Source: an uncultured Methylomirabilota bacterium
Lineage (GTDB): Bacteria; Methylomirabilota; Methylomirabilia; Methylomirabilales; 2-02-FULL-66-22
NCBI GenBank assembly: GCA_963705305.1
Contig: OY970067.1
Coordinates: 1,504,001-1,568,000, forward strand
Direction: 5' to 3'
Length of the DNA stretch: 64,000 nt
In this document: positions 19,766-29,296 of the stretch, piece after piece
Position numbering within the stretch: position 1 is the first letter of the stretch
How the letters are laid out: every line of letters starts with the position of its first letter
The notes under the pieces: generated by a model
The model's input: only the letters and a program-made list of their open reading frames with translations
Databases searched by the model: none
Told to the model about the DNA's origin: nothing
Program-made: the position numbers and the translations under genes

Positions 19766-20482
19766 ATGGCCGACGGATCGCCGCTGCATCGCTCGCCGCG
19801 GTTCCCGATCGTTCTGCCAGTTCTGTTCCGAACGGCGGATGCGGCCCCCCGGAGCGGCAAGGGCCGCTCGTGCAGCCTGAGCGACGGGGGGGCCTGCCTG
19901 GAGCTGGCCGAGAGCCTTGCGCCGGGCACACTCCTCGACGTGACCCTGCAGACCGACGAGGGGGGGCTGACCATGGAGGCCGAAGTGGTCTGGGTCGGGC
20001 GGCGGGGCTCGGCCGGCAGGGGCACGCTGCACGGCATCAGGTTCACCGGCCTCATCCCGGAACAGAAGCGGGCCGTGCGCAGGGTCATCCAGCGCCTCGG
20101 GAGGCTGCCGCAGGATGCCAGCCGCGTGCCGGTGCGGCTCCCGGCGCGGTGCCGTCCTGCCGCCGGTACGGGGGTGCCCGTCCAGGGCTGGACCGAGGAC
20201 ATCGGCCAGGAGGGCCTCTCCGTATCCCTGCCCCAGCGGTTCCCCGTGGGATCCGTGATCGAGATCGCACTGCCTACACCGCGAGGCGCCTACACGACCG
20301 AGGCCACGGTCGTCTGGGTCGATCCTGCCTCGACTGGGCCGCACACCCGTCACGGGGTTCAGTTCGGACCGCTGATCTGGGTCCGCGAGCTAATCCTGGC
20401 CCTCTCCTCAGGCGAGCTGCCGGTCGGTCGCCCGGCGGGACCCAGGCCGGGCGGCGAGCCGGACCAGCAAGAGGGCCCCTGA
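19766..20482 (+). CDS. tandem PilZ-domain protein
   Basis: Two repeats: HRSPRFP..SLSDGG..EVVW..HGIRF and ASRVP..DIGQEG..TVVW..HGVQF. Confidence 0.75.
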   Translation: MADGSPLHRSPRFPIVLPVLFRTADAAPRSGKGRSCSLSDGGACLELAESLAPGTLLDVTLQTDEGGLTMEAEVVWVGRRGSAGRGTLHGIRFTGLIPEQKRAVRRVIQRLGRLPQDASRVPVRLPARCRPAAGTGVPVQGWTEDIGQEGLSVSLPQRFPVGSVIEIALPTPRGAYTTEATVVWVDPASTGPHTRHGVQFGPLIWVRELILALSSGELPVGRPAGPRPGGEPDQQEGP

Positions 20483-20531
20483 TGGCGGCGGCCCCACGGC
20501 GGGCTGGGGCGGGCTGCCGGTGAGGAGTTTC

Positions 20532-21677
20532 GTGGAGCGCCCGGGCACGAAGGCCGTCCTGATGCGCTGGCTCCTCCTGATCGCTGCCCTGGCGTCGGCC
20601 GGAGCGCCGCTCGGCTGCGCGACCTTCCAATCGGGGGCGGCCGTCACCCAGAAGAGGCTGATCGAGTTCGGCTGGGACGAGCCGGACACGGCCTTCATGC
20701 GCCGGCACATCGCCGAGATGGAGCGGAGCCCCTTCGACGGCTGCGTGTTTCACATCACCTACGTCAAGCCCGACGGAACGCCCGGTCAGTTCATGTGGGA
20801 GGCCTGGGGTCGGCGCGCCTTCACCCGGGCGGAGATTCAGCTGGCGCTGGCCGATCTCCAAGCCACGCGCTTCACCCGGTTCACCCGGAATTTCTTGCGC
20901 TTCAACACTGTCCCCGGCGATGTAGACTGGTTCGAGGACTTCTCGGCCATCCTCGCCAACGCCCGCCTGGCGGCGGAGGTCGCGCGCGCGGGGGGTACCA
21001 GGGGGGTCCTGTTCGATGTCGAGCAGTACAATGCGCCGCTGTTCGACTACCGCAAGCAGCGGGACGCCGGCGCGAAATCGTGGGAAGAATACGCCACCCA
21101 AGCCCGGCGGCGCGGCCGCGAAGTGATGGAGGCCTTCCAGCAGGGCTATCCGGGACTGACGGTCTTCCTCACCTTCGGCTACAGCCTATCCTGGCGGCAG
21201 ACGCAGGAGGGAAAGGCGCCGCTCGCCGACACCGAGTACGGGCTGCTGGTGCCGTTCCTGGACGGCATGGTGGAGGCGGCGCAAGGGCAGACGCGGCTGG
21301 TGGACGGGTACGAATTGGCCTATTTCCACGACAAGGACGTCGCCGCGTTCGCCGACGCCTCCCGGACGATCCGGCAGGGGCTGCTCCCCCTGGTGGCCGA
21401 CCCGCAGAAGTACCAGCGCCTGATCTCGGTGGGGTTCGGGCTCTGGATGGACTTTGACTCCACGGCCATCGGTTGGAACGGCGTGGACGGGAGCAGGAAC
21501 TTCTACACCCCCGAGGAGTTCGAGCGGAGCGTCCGGGCGGCCTTGGAGGCCGCAGACGAGTACGTCTGGATCTACACGCAGATCCCGCACTGGTGGTCGG
21601 CGGAGGGGAAGCCGGTCAACCTGCCCGAGGGATACGCCGACGCCTTGCGCCGCGCCCGCGCCGGCCTCGCCCCGTGA
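20532..21677 (+). CDS. conserved hypothetical exported/lipoprotein, possibly a glycoside-hydrolase-like barrel
   Basis: Signal ending PLGC; IEFGWD, PFDG, GVLFDVEQY, ADEYVWIY; RBS GAGGAG before GTG. Confidence 0.65.
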   Translation: MERPGTKAVLMRWLLLIAALASAGAPLGCATFQSGAAVTQKRLIEFGWDEPDTAFMRRHIAEMERSPFDGCVFHITYVKPDGTPGQFMWEAWGRRAFTRAEIQLALADLQATRFTRFTRNFLRFNTVPGDVDWFEDFSAILANARLAAEVARAGGTRGVLFDVEQYNAPLFDYRKQRDAGAKSWEEYATQARRRGREVMEAFQQGYPGLTVFLTFGYSLSWRQTQEGKAPLADTEYGLLVPFLDGMVEAAQGQTRLVDGYELAYFHDKDVAAFADASRTIRQGLLPLVADPQKYQRLISVGFGLWMDFDSTAIGWNGVDGSRNFYTPEEFERSVRAALEAADEYVWIYTQIPHWWSAEGKPVNLPEGYADALRRARAGLAP

Positions 21678-21972
21678 GCGGATGCGCTGCACCCGATTCG
21701 ATGCCGCGGGCGGAGAGAGGGGCGTCTCCCGGGGATCGCCCGGAGGGGAGTCAAAATGCGGGGACGCGCCCCGCAATTGGGTGTATACTCGCCGCCACAA
21801 GATCTTCCTGTGGGCCCGTCAGCGGCCTTCCCCGTGGCCCTCGCGCTGAACATCGAGAAGTTCCTCGCCGTGGGGCTCTCGAGTCCACAGCCCTAACGCA
21901 AAGCCTTGCTGTGCAACCGGGACCGTGGCCGGCAGCTTGCCCGAACGACTTGGCCACAGAAAGGATCCGCCT

Positions 21973-23058
21973 ATGCCTTTCCGGAGGCCCCAATCACTTT
22001 CCATCGGGGATCTGACTGCGCCGCTGCCCATCGTCCAGGGCGGGATGGGGGTGGGGGTCTCGCTCTCCGGGCTGGCCGCCGCGGTGGCCAACGAGGGTGG
22101 GGTGGGGGTGATCGCCTGCGCCGGGATCGGGATGATCGAGACAAACCTGGCTCAGGACTTTGAGGCCGCCAATCTCCGGGCACTCCGCAAGGAGATCCGG
22201 CGCGCGCGAGAGCTCTCCAAAGGAATCGTCGGCGTCAACATCATGGTGGCCCTCTCGAATTTCGGGGAGTTGGTGAAGACGGCGCTCGACGAGGCCATCG
22301 ACATCATCTTCTCGGGGGCCGGCCTGCCTCTCGATCTTCCCCGGTACCGCCGGGGAGGAGATCGCACGAAGCTGGTGCCGATCGTCTCGTCCGGCCGGGC
22401 GGCCAAGATCATCGCCAGGCGGTGGATGGAGCGGTACGACTATCCGCCGGACGCGGTCGTCGTCGAGGGACCGCGGGCGGGCGGCCACCTGGGGTTCAAA
22501 CCGGAGCAGCTCGCCGACCCGGCCTACGCGCTGGAGCGGCTCCTCGCGGAGGTCCTCGCGGAGATCAGGCCCATCGAGGAGAAGGCGCGACGCCCCATCC
22601 CGGTCATCGCGGGCGGGGGGGTCTACTCCGGGGCCGACATGTATCGGTTCCTGCGGCTTGGCGCCGCTGGCGTCCAGATGGCGACGCGCTTCGTGACGAC
22701 CCACGAATGCGACGCCTCGGCGGCCTTCAAAGAGGCCTACATTCGGGCGACGCCGGAGGACCTGGTGATCATCAAGAGCCCGGTGGGGATGCCGGGTCGG
22801 GCGATCCGGAACCAATTCCTCGCGGACGTGAATGCCGGCAAGCGGATGCCGTTCTCCTGCCCGTACCACTGTATCGTGACCTGCGATTACGCCACCAGCC
22901 CCTACTGCATCGCCCTGGCCCTCATCAGCGCCCAGCGCGGCCGGATGGATCGGGGCTTTGCCTTCGCCGGCGAGAACGCCCATCGAGCGACGGAGATCGT
23001 GTCCGTCAAGGCGCTGATCGGAACACTGCTCGCCGAATACCGGGCGGCATCGGCCTGA
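21973..23058 (+). CDS. nitronate monooxygenase / FabK-like flavoprotein
   Basis: PIVQGGMGVGVS, EGPRAGGHLG, GVQMATRF, SPVGMPGRA, C-terminal Cys cluster. Confidence 0.9.
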   Translation: MPFRRPQSLSIGDLTAPLPIVQGGMGVGVSLSGLAAAVANEGGVGVIACAGIGMIETNLAQDFEAANLRALRKEIRRARELSKGIVGVNIMVALSNFGELVKTALDEAIDIIFSGAGLPLDLPRYRRGGDRTKLVPIVSSGRAAKIIARRWMERYDYPPDAVVVEGPRAGGHLGFKPEQLADPAYALERLLAEVLAEIRPIEEKARRPIPVIAGGGVYSGADMYRFLRLGAAGVQMATRFVTTHECDASAAFKEAYIRATPEDLVIIKSPVGMPGRAIRNQFLADVNAGKRMPFSCPYHCIVTCDYATSPYCIALALISAQRGRMDRGFAFAGENAHRATEIVSVKALIGTLLAEYRAASA

Positions 23059-23273
23059 CCGGCCGGCGGCGGGAGCGTCGGGAGGGGAGGCCGCCACGAA
23101 TGAGGGGGATGCCCTCGCCGCCTGTACCCTTGCCGTCCGGTGAGGATAAACGCGAGCCTGAACACCACGGCGAGGTTCGTATGGGGCGGTGCCGGGGGAG
23201 CGAACCAGATTGTGGCCGGCTGTCTTGCCGACCGAAACGGGCGGGCCCCCGGGGCCGGCGTGGCCGGAGAGGA

Positions 23274-24686
23274 CTAGGCCCTCTTTCGCCTCTTTCGCAT
23301 CCAGCGTCGGGCCGACCGATACCCGAGGAGCGGGAGACGCGGAAGCGCATCCGCCAGGTCGCGCCACCGGACGATCCCGAGGCGACCGGCTTTCCTGATG
23401 ATATGGGCGATCTGCGGGAGATCGTAGAACTCCGAGCGGATCCGGTCGCGGATCCGCCCGAGCTCCTTGAGCCCGTACCGGTCCGAGTACACCGGGCCGC
23501 CGACACGGTCATAGTGATAGCCCGGCGTCTGCTCAACCGCTTCCTTCAAGGGCGAGAACTTCTCGACGCGGAGTTTCTGGAACGAGATGGAGTCCAGCTT
23601 GATCTCCTTCGCAAACTTTGGGATGTAGAGCATCTCCTCTTCGGTCTCGCCGAGGTTGCCGTAGATGAAGTACCCGTGCAGATAGAAGTCGTACTGTGAC
23701 AGGACGGTAAAGGCGTCCCGCACCTGCTGTTGGGTGATGCCTTTCTGCAGCTGCTTCAAGATCCGGTCGTGCGGAGACTCGATGCCGATCAGAAGGATCT
23801 TGAAGCCCGCCTGCTGCGCCTTGTCCAGCAGCCTGGGGTGTTTCGCCACGTCGATCCGGGCCTGGACCACAAAAGACTTCCGGATCTTGTTCTCGATGAT
23901 CAGGTCGCACAGCCGTTCGGACCGCTGGGGATTGTTGAAGAAGTTGTCGTCGCTGAAGAGCACCGCGTCTGCGGCCACCGTCTTCAATTCCTCGACGACC
24001 GATTCAACCGGCCGCTCGGAATAGCCCCGCTTCTGCCCCAGCGGGTTCAGGCTGAACGTACAGAACTTGCACTTGAACGGGCACCCCCGCGTGGTCAGCA
24101 CCGTGTCGAAGGTATGCCTGCTGAGGCGGACGCCGTGCTGAGTGAAATAGTAGTCGTGGCGTCTCAGGGACCGGTCCGGAAACGGAAGGGTCGCAATGTC
24201 GGGGAGCGGATGGATCTCGTTGTGCAAAATCCCTCCGTTCTCCCGGTAGGAGAGCCCACGGATATCCGCCCGCGGCACCCCGGAAACGACCTGCCGAATG
24301 ACCCCCTCGCCCTCGCCGCGCACCACCATGTCGACATTGGGACACCGCCCGAAGAGGTCTTCGACTTCCACGGTCGCCTGGTAGCCCCCCACGACCGTGG
24401 TGATCTCCGGAGGGAGCCGTGCCACAAAGTCGCAGATCTCCCGGAACTGGGATTGCCAACGGATACTGACGCACAGGAGGTCGATCTCGTTCCTGATGAA
24501 CTCGCTCAGGACCGTGGGATCCTGGTACGCCGTCTCGTAGCGCAGATCGAGGAGGGTGACCTTGCCGACCAGCCCCTGCATGCTGGCCGCGATGTACTCC
24601 AGACCGGTCGGGGGAAAGGTCCCCATGATGGCGGTGGAATCCGCAAAATAGGGGTTCAGGGCGAGGACGTGCTTGTACTTGCTCAT
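23274..24686 (-). CDS. B12-binding-domain radical SAM protein
   Basis: PPTGLEYIAA, RGEGE, TRGCPFKCKFC, DDNF, GIES. Confidence 0.92.
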   Translation of the reverse strand: MSKYKHVLALNPYFADSTAIMGTFPPTGLEYIAASMQGLVGKVTLLDLRYETAYQDPTVLSEFIRNEIDLLCVSIRWQSQFREICDFVARLPPEITTVVGGYQATVEVEDLFGRCPNVDMVVRGEGEGVIRQVVSGVPRADIRGLSYRENGGILHNEIHPLPDIATLPFPDRSLRRHDYYFTQHGVRLSRHTFDTVLTTRGCPFKCKFCTFSLNPLGQKRGYSERPVESVVEELKTVAADAVLFSDDNFFNNPQRSERLCDLIIENKIRKSFVVQARIDVAKHPRLLDKAQQAGFKILLIGIESPHDRILKQLQKGITQQQVRDAFTVLSQYDFYLHGYFIYGNLGETEEEMLYIPKFAKEIKLDSISFQKLRVEKFSPLKEAVEQTPGYHYDRVGGPVYSDRYGLKELGRIRDRIRSEFYDLPQIAHIIRKAGRLGIVRWRDLADALPRLPLLGYRSARRWMRKRRKRA

Positions 24687-24692
24687 GGGCGC

Positions 24693-24698
24693 ATTATA
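24693..24698 (-). promoter_or_regulatory. -10 box of a probable leaderless promoter
   Basis: Minus strand TATAAT-GCGCCC-ATG; no Shine-Dalgarno. Confidence 0.6.
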
Positions 24699-24953
24699 CA
24701 GGAACGGCGCTCATCTGCATCCGAATACTGGGACAAGTCTGGATGATCGGTCAGGATCAGGCAGGCAGCCCAGAATGAGATGTGGCCGTGTTGTGGGGGA
24801 GCGTCACCAGGATTGTCCGCCATGGGGTGTTTTGCACAATTAGGGTGCCGGGGGCCCGGCCCCCTGCGGGAGCGATGGAGTCGATCACCGACCTGCTATT
24901 CCTTCGGGTGCGGCGGATTGCCTTCCGAGAGTCCAAGATCTGAGGCGTAAGCG

Positions 24954-25508
24954 TCACTCCGCATCCTGGGGATCCGGCGTCGCGCGCAGCCAGAAAAGGC
25001 TATCGTCCACTTCCTGATCGTCCAGGGAATCCTCTGCGCCTCCCGCGAAGAACTGGCCCCGGCTGCGCTCGCGGATGGGTCCCTTCGGCCCGCGCTCTTC
25101 CCTGGAGCTGCGCCCCTTGGATTTGCGTCTCCCGTGCGGCGGCGCGTCCGGGCCAAAGGTCTTCGTCGGCTGAGCCGGCCGCGGTGCGCGGTCCGGTGCA
25201 CCCGGCCCAGCTGCCCGCCCCCCCTGGGCGAAAGTGTTGGATCTGGACCCAGCCGCTTCTTCCCGGGGACGCGCCTCGTTGACGACGAGCGGCCTCCCCT
25301 TGAAGAGCTGCTGGTGAAAGCGGCGGACGGCCTCTTCGGCCTGCGCCGAGTCGCTCCACTCGACGAAGGCAAATCCCCTCGGCTTGCCGGTTTCCCGGTC
25401 TGTGGGCATCCGGATGGACAGCGGCGAACCGACAGCGGAGAACAGCTCCTGCAGCTCGGCCTCCGTCGCATCATAGGCCAGGTTCCCCACGAAAAGTCGC
25501 ACCGACAT
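24954..25508 (-). CDS. RRM RNA-binding protein with long disordered tail
   Basis: RNP2 LFVGNL, RNP1 RGFAFVE, GRPLVVNEARPRE; RBS GGAGG. Confidence 0.92.
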   Translation of the reverse strand: MSVRLFVGNLAYDATEAELQELFSAVGSPLSIRMPTDRETGKPRGFAFVEWSDSAQAEEAVRRFHQQLFKGRPLVVNEARPREEAAGSRSNTFAQGGRAAGPGAPDRAPRPAQPTKTFGPDAPPHGRRKSKGRSSREERGPKGPIRERSRGQFFAGGAEDSLDDQEVDDSLFWLRATPDPQDAE

Positions 25509-25580
25509 CGATTCCTCCAGCGTTGGTTGTGCGCTCGCAGGGGCTCCGCCCCCTCCACGCGGTCGCCCTCTGCAGGAATC

Positions 25581-25609
25581 AAAAAGGACCCGTCTCGTGT
25601 CGGGTCCTT
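25581..25609 (-). terminator. intrinsic terminator in the 5' leader of the RRM gene
   Basis: Minus strand AAGGACCCG-ACACGAGA-CGGGTCCTT-TTT. Confidence 0.65.
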
Positions 25610-25658
25610 CCTGGTGGCTGCCGCAACCATACACCGACATGGTCGATTCAGGGCATGA

Positions 25659-25687
25659 ACTATCCCCGACCTCGCTGTTCCTGTCAA
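25659..25687 (-). promoter_or_regulatory. sigma70-type promoter for the RRM gene
   Basis: TTGACA-17 nt-GATAGT on the minus strand. Confidence 0.5.
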
Positions 25688-25772
25688 TTGAATTCCCACA
25701 TCCGTCCGGCCCGCCGGGCGCCGACTGAAACCAATGGTAGGCTCCCCCGCCTTACCGTGCTACTCTGCTGGC

Positions 25773-26174
25773 ATGGTCAATGACGGATTCCCCGACGAGG
25801 CCGCGCCGGCGGGCCGGCGGCCTGCGCGGTCCCCCCGGTCCACCCCCGAACTCATTGCCGAGTTGCAGGCGAGGGCCGCAGGCCTCACCTTGGCCGCCAT
25901 CGCCGTGGTGAATAACGACGTCACCCAGTTCGTCTTTGCCGTCGATGACGATCCGCTGGGCGCGCTCAACAGCCTCATCGGCACCGGCGGCCATCCCATT
26001 GGCCTCGTGGGCGTCCGCATCGGTGGCGGCGCCATCGAGTACTATGCCCAGCCGTTTGTCGAATACCGGCACAACCCCCACGCGCTGGCTTACCTGCAGA
26101 GTCTCCGCCACCCATTTCTGGCCCTCATGCAGACGCATGTCGATCGCATTCCCGATGATCCTCGCCTGAACTGA
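25773..26174 (+). CDS. hypothetical protein
   Basis: 133-aa ORF with normal composition, preceded by TGcTACTCT-6 nt-ATG. Confidence 0.65.
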   Translation: MVNDGFPDEAAPAGRRPARSPRSTPELIAELQARAAGLTLAAIAVVNNDVTQFVFAVDDDPLGALNSLIGTGGHPIGLVGVRIGGGAIEYYAQPFVEYRHNPHALAYLQSLRHPFLALMQTHVDRIPDDPRLN

Positions 26175-26276
26175 CCCCGTCGGAAAGCTCTCACCGCCAA
26201 GGCGCCGGGAATTGCAGGGCGGGGCACCCGGAGGCCTGAGCCCCGGCGCCCTCTCAGCCCGCGCCCTTTCCTCCCT

Positions 26277-27412
26277 TCAATCGGAGCCGTACTTGGGCAG
26301 CGGCCGGGACTCCTCGATCGCGAACTTGAGCAGGGCGGCCGCACGGTAGACGGCGTGGGCGAACTTGCCGTACGGCATCGTGAGGAACAGCCCCAGGACC
26401 GCGCCCAGGTGGACCACGAGCAGCAGCCCCAAGCCCCAGGTCTCCCGCAGGGCCAGCAGCAGGAGTCCCGTGAGACTGGTCAGGAACAGCAGCGCCAGGA
26501 AGGCGATATCCATCCCCTGCTGATTCTCATCCGTCAAAACCGGATTGCGCTTGCCCTTCAGCCAGAGCAGCCCCGCCGGTCCGATCAAGAGCCCCAACCC
26601 GCCGGTGGTTCCGAGCACGACCGGGAGGCTCCAGAACGCATAGGGGGCCGGCCAATCCAGCACGTAGTCGTAGAAGGCGGCGACCGTGGTAGCGGCAAAG
26701 CAGAGCAGGAAGCCGTAGAACGTCACGTGGTGGAAGCGCCGCCGGACCAGGCTGGGCTCCTCCTCGGGAGCAAAGCAGCCCTCGCCGCCTCCGCCGAGGT
26801 TCGTGAGCCGCAGCATATCCAGCGCCGCCCGGCTCAGGGCGGGCGGATCCGCCAGGGCGCCGAACCGCTCGCCGGTGTCGCGCCAGAACCGCCCGCCTCC
26901 TACCCCGAACGCCACGAGGACGCCGAGGGATGCGGCGCCGAAGAGAGCCACCATGACATGGTGGGGGAGCACCGCATAGAAGGCCCCCTCGGCGAGCGGG
27001 TGGCGCGAGAGCAGGGCCGACGGACCCGCCAGGATGAGCGCCCCCAGCAGGAGGAGCGCCAGGCTTGCCCCTGTGATGAGGCCGACCGCCAAGGCGTTGC
27101 GCCGGAACAGTCCGGCCAGGGCATCGGGCCACGCGTACTTCCGGTAGGTCGCCCCCCGGATCTCGGCGAGGGCCCTCGGGAAGTTCAGTGCGAACTCGTG
27201 GGGCGGCGCGTACTGGCAGGCGTCATAGCACGATCCGCACTGGTGGCACAGGTTGGCCAGGTAGTTCAGATCGCCCTCGCCGAAGGTGAGTCGCCGCTCG
27301 AGGGCCGGGAACACCGCGCAGTACCCCTCGCAGTAGCGGCAGGCGTTGCAGATGCGCATGAACCACTCGCCCTGCTGGACGAGCGGGGGGGAATCGTCCT
27401 AGCCGATGGCAT
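26277..27412 (-). CDS. tcuB: tricarballylate utilization 4Fe-4S membrane protein; apparent 1-nt frameshift near the 5' end
   Basis: ICNACRYCEGYCAVFPA, LANLCHQCGSC..CQYAPPHEF, PYGKFAH; ATG at 27412 overlapping the tcuA end is 53 nt from the in-frame ATG at 27359, across a G7 tract. Confidence 0.88.
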
Positions 27413-28793
27413 GGCGCGCGGCCTCCTGGCCCGCGATTCGTCCGAAGATGGTGCCGATGGTCATCCCGATGCCGGCCAGGTACCCCTTTCCCAGGATGTT
27501 TCCCGCCATGATCTCCCCCGCCGCGAAGACGTTTTCCGCCGGCCGGCCGTCCTGCAGGATCACCCGGGCCCGGTCGTTTACCGTCACCGCGAGGTACGTG
27601 AAGGTGATGCCGGGGCGGAGCGGATACGCGAAGAAGGGGGGCGCATCCAGCGGCCGGGCCCAGTGGCTCTTGGGCGGGGTGAGCTCCCCCGTGGCGCAAT
27701 CGTCCAGGACGGTATGGTCGAAGCTGCCGGGCCGCACCGATCGGTTGAACCGGGCGACCGTTCCCTCGAGGGCGCCGGGATCGAGACCGAGCGCCTGCGC
27801 GAGATCCCGGATCGAGCCCGCCTGGATCGGCGGGTAGACGGGGGGGATGAAGCTCCCCATGGGCTTGGCGTCGATGATCGCGTACGCCAGCTGGTCCGGC
27901 TGCCCGGCGACGAGGCGACCCCAGATGGCATAGCGCTTGGGCCAGAAGTCCTCCCCCTCGTCGTAGAAGCGCTCGGCGTGCTTGTTGACCACGATCCCGA
28001 GGGAGATGGCGTCCACCCGCGTGATGATGCCCCCGTCGAACTTGGGGGCCCGGGCGTCGCAGGCCACGGCGTGGCACTGGGTTGGGTCGCCCACGGGTTT
28101 CGCGCCCCGGTCGATCAGCACCCGCAACACGCGGCCCAGATTGTAGGGGGTGCCGCGGATCAGGAAGTTATCGGCGACATCCCCCCAGGCGTCCTTCAGC
28201 CAGGCGGTGTTCGACTCGAACCCCCCGGCGGCCGCGACCACGGCCTTGGCCCGGACCTCGTGGGTGGCCCCGCGCTGCCGTACGAGCGCGGACGTGAATC
28301 GGCTGTCCCGGATGGCGAGGTCCTGGACCTCCGCCTCGTACGCGACCTCGATGCCGAGGGTGCCCGCCGTGCGGTAGTAGGCGTTCACGAGCGCCTTGCC
28401 GCCCCCCAGGAAGAAGGCGTTCGTCCGCGAGAGGTGGAGCGCACCGCGCAGGGAGGCCTGGAAGCGTGCTCCCTGCGCCCCCATCCACGTCCGGCAATCG
28501 GCCGACTGGCGGATGGTCAGCCGGGCCAGCGCCTCGTCCGTCTGCCCGCCCGTCACCCGGCGGAGGTCTTGCCAGTACTCCTCTTCCGGGTAGGCGTCCG
28601 TGAGCACGTCGACGGGGCGCGCGTGCATGCACCGCAGGTTGCGGGTGTGCCGGCTGTTCCCCCCGCGAAACTCCTTGGGGGCCCCCTCGAGCAGGAGCAC
28701 GCTGGCGCCGGCGCGGCGGGCCGTGATCGCGGCGGTCAGGGCCGCATTGCCGCCGCCCAGCACGAGCACATCATAGGGGTGCGACAGGTCCAT
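27399..28793 (-). CDS. tcuA: FAD-dependent tricarballylate dehydrogenase
   Basis: GGGNAAL, RGGNSRHTRNLR, LSRTNAFFLGGGKA, FWPKRYAIWG, PGITFTY. Confidence 0.95.
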   Translation of the reverse strand: MDLSHPYDVLVLGGGNAALTAAITARRAGASVLLLEGAPKEFRGGNSRHTRNLRCMHARPVDVLTDAYPEEEYWQDLRRVTGGQTDEALARLTIRQSADCRTWMGAQGARFQASLRGALHLSRTNAFFLGGGKALVNAYYRTAGTLGIEVAYEAEVQDLAIRDSRFTSALVRQRGATHEVRAKAVVAAAGGFESNTAWLKDAWGDVADNFLIRGTPYNLGRVLRVLIDRGAKPVGDPTQCHAVACDARAPKFDGGIITRVDAISLGIVVNKHAERFYDEGEDFWPKRYAIWGRLVAGQPDQLAYAIIDAKPMGSFIPPVYPPIQAGSIRDLAQALGLDPGALEGTVARFNRSVRPGSFDHTVLDDCATGELTPPKSHWARPLDAPPFFAYPLRPGITFTYLAVTVNDRARVILQDGRPAENVFAAGEIMAGNILGKGYLAGIGMTIGTIFGRIAGQEAARHAIG

Positions 28794-29109
28794 GGATCCA
28801 CCCCTTTCCCGACCCGGCCGCCTCCGCAGGAATACCGGCGCCCTGCCGGCCCTTCCACAATGGGCCGCGGGCCCGCCCGATCATATCACGCCGGGTGGCT
28901 TGAGGGTCCGAGAGTTCTTCGGCCTCCTGAGCGGCCCGCCCGGGGAGCCGCGAGGCCGCACGGCCCGGAAATGTCTCCCCGGGGGAATCCACGGGCGGGG
29001 GAGGGCGGCCGGAGTGCGTGCGGACCGCCGATGGGAGTGCCCGCCTCGACCGGTCCTGCCGCGGCCGCGTTTCCGCCACGGCGTGGCGCATCGCAAGAAC
29101 CGGACGGGT

Positions 29110-29278
29110 TTAGCCGCCATGTCCCGGCAGCAGCAGGGCGATCTGGGGGAACAGCAGGACGAGCGCGAGGCCGACCAGGGCCATCAAGGCATATGGGAGG
29201 GAGCCCATCGATGTGCAGTCCCCGCAATCCCGGCAAGAATATCGGAATCATGACCAGAGTGGCGCGCATCAAGTGCAT
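29110..29278 (-). pseudogene. internally deleted C-terminal remnant of a TRAP large permease (DctM)
   Basis: TLVMIPIFLPGLRGLHID then, in another frame, GSLPYALMALVGLALVLLFPQIALLLPGHGG*. Confidence 0.55.
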
Positions 29279-29296
29279 ATCACTTCACTCCCGCGC

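Noticed and set aside
21850..21950. Possible c-di-GMP-I riboswitch upstream of the nitronate monooxygenase gene
   Set aside because: ACGCAAAGCC is present, but the upstream GGCAAA and GNRA-capped P2 stem are not; needs an Rfam scan.
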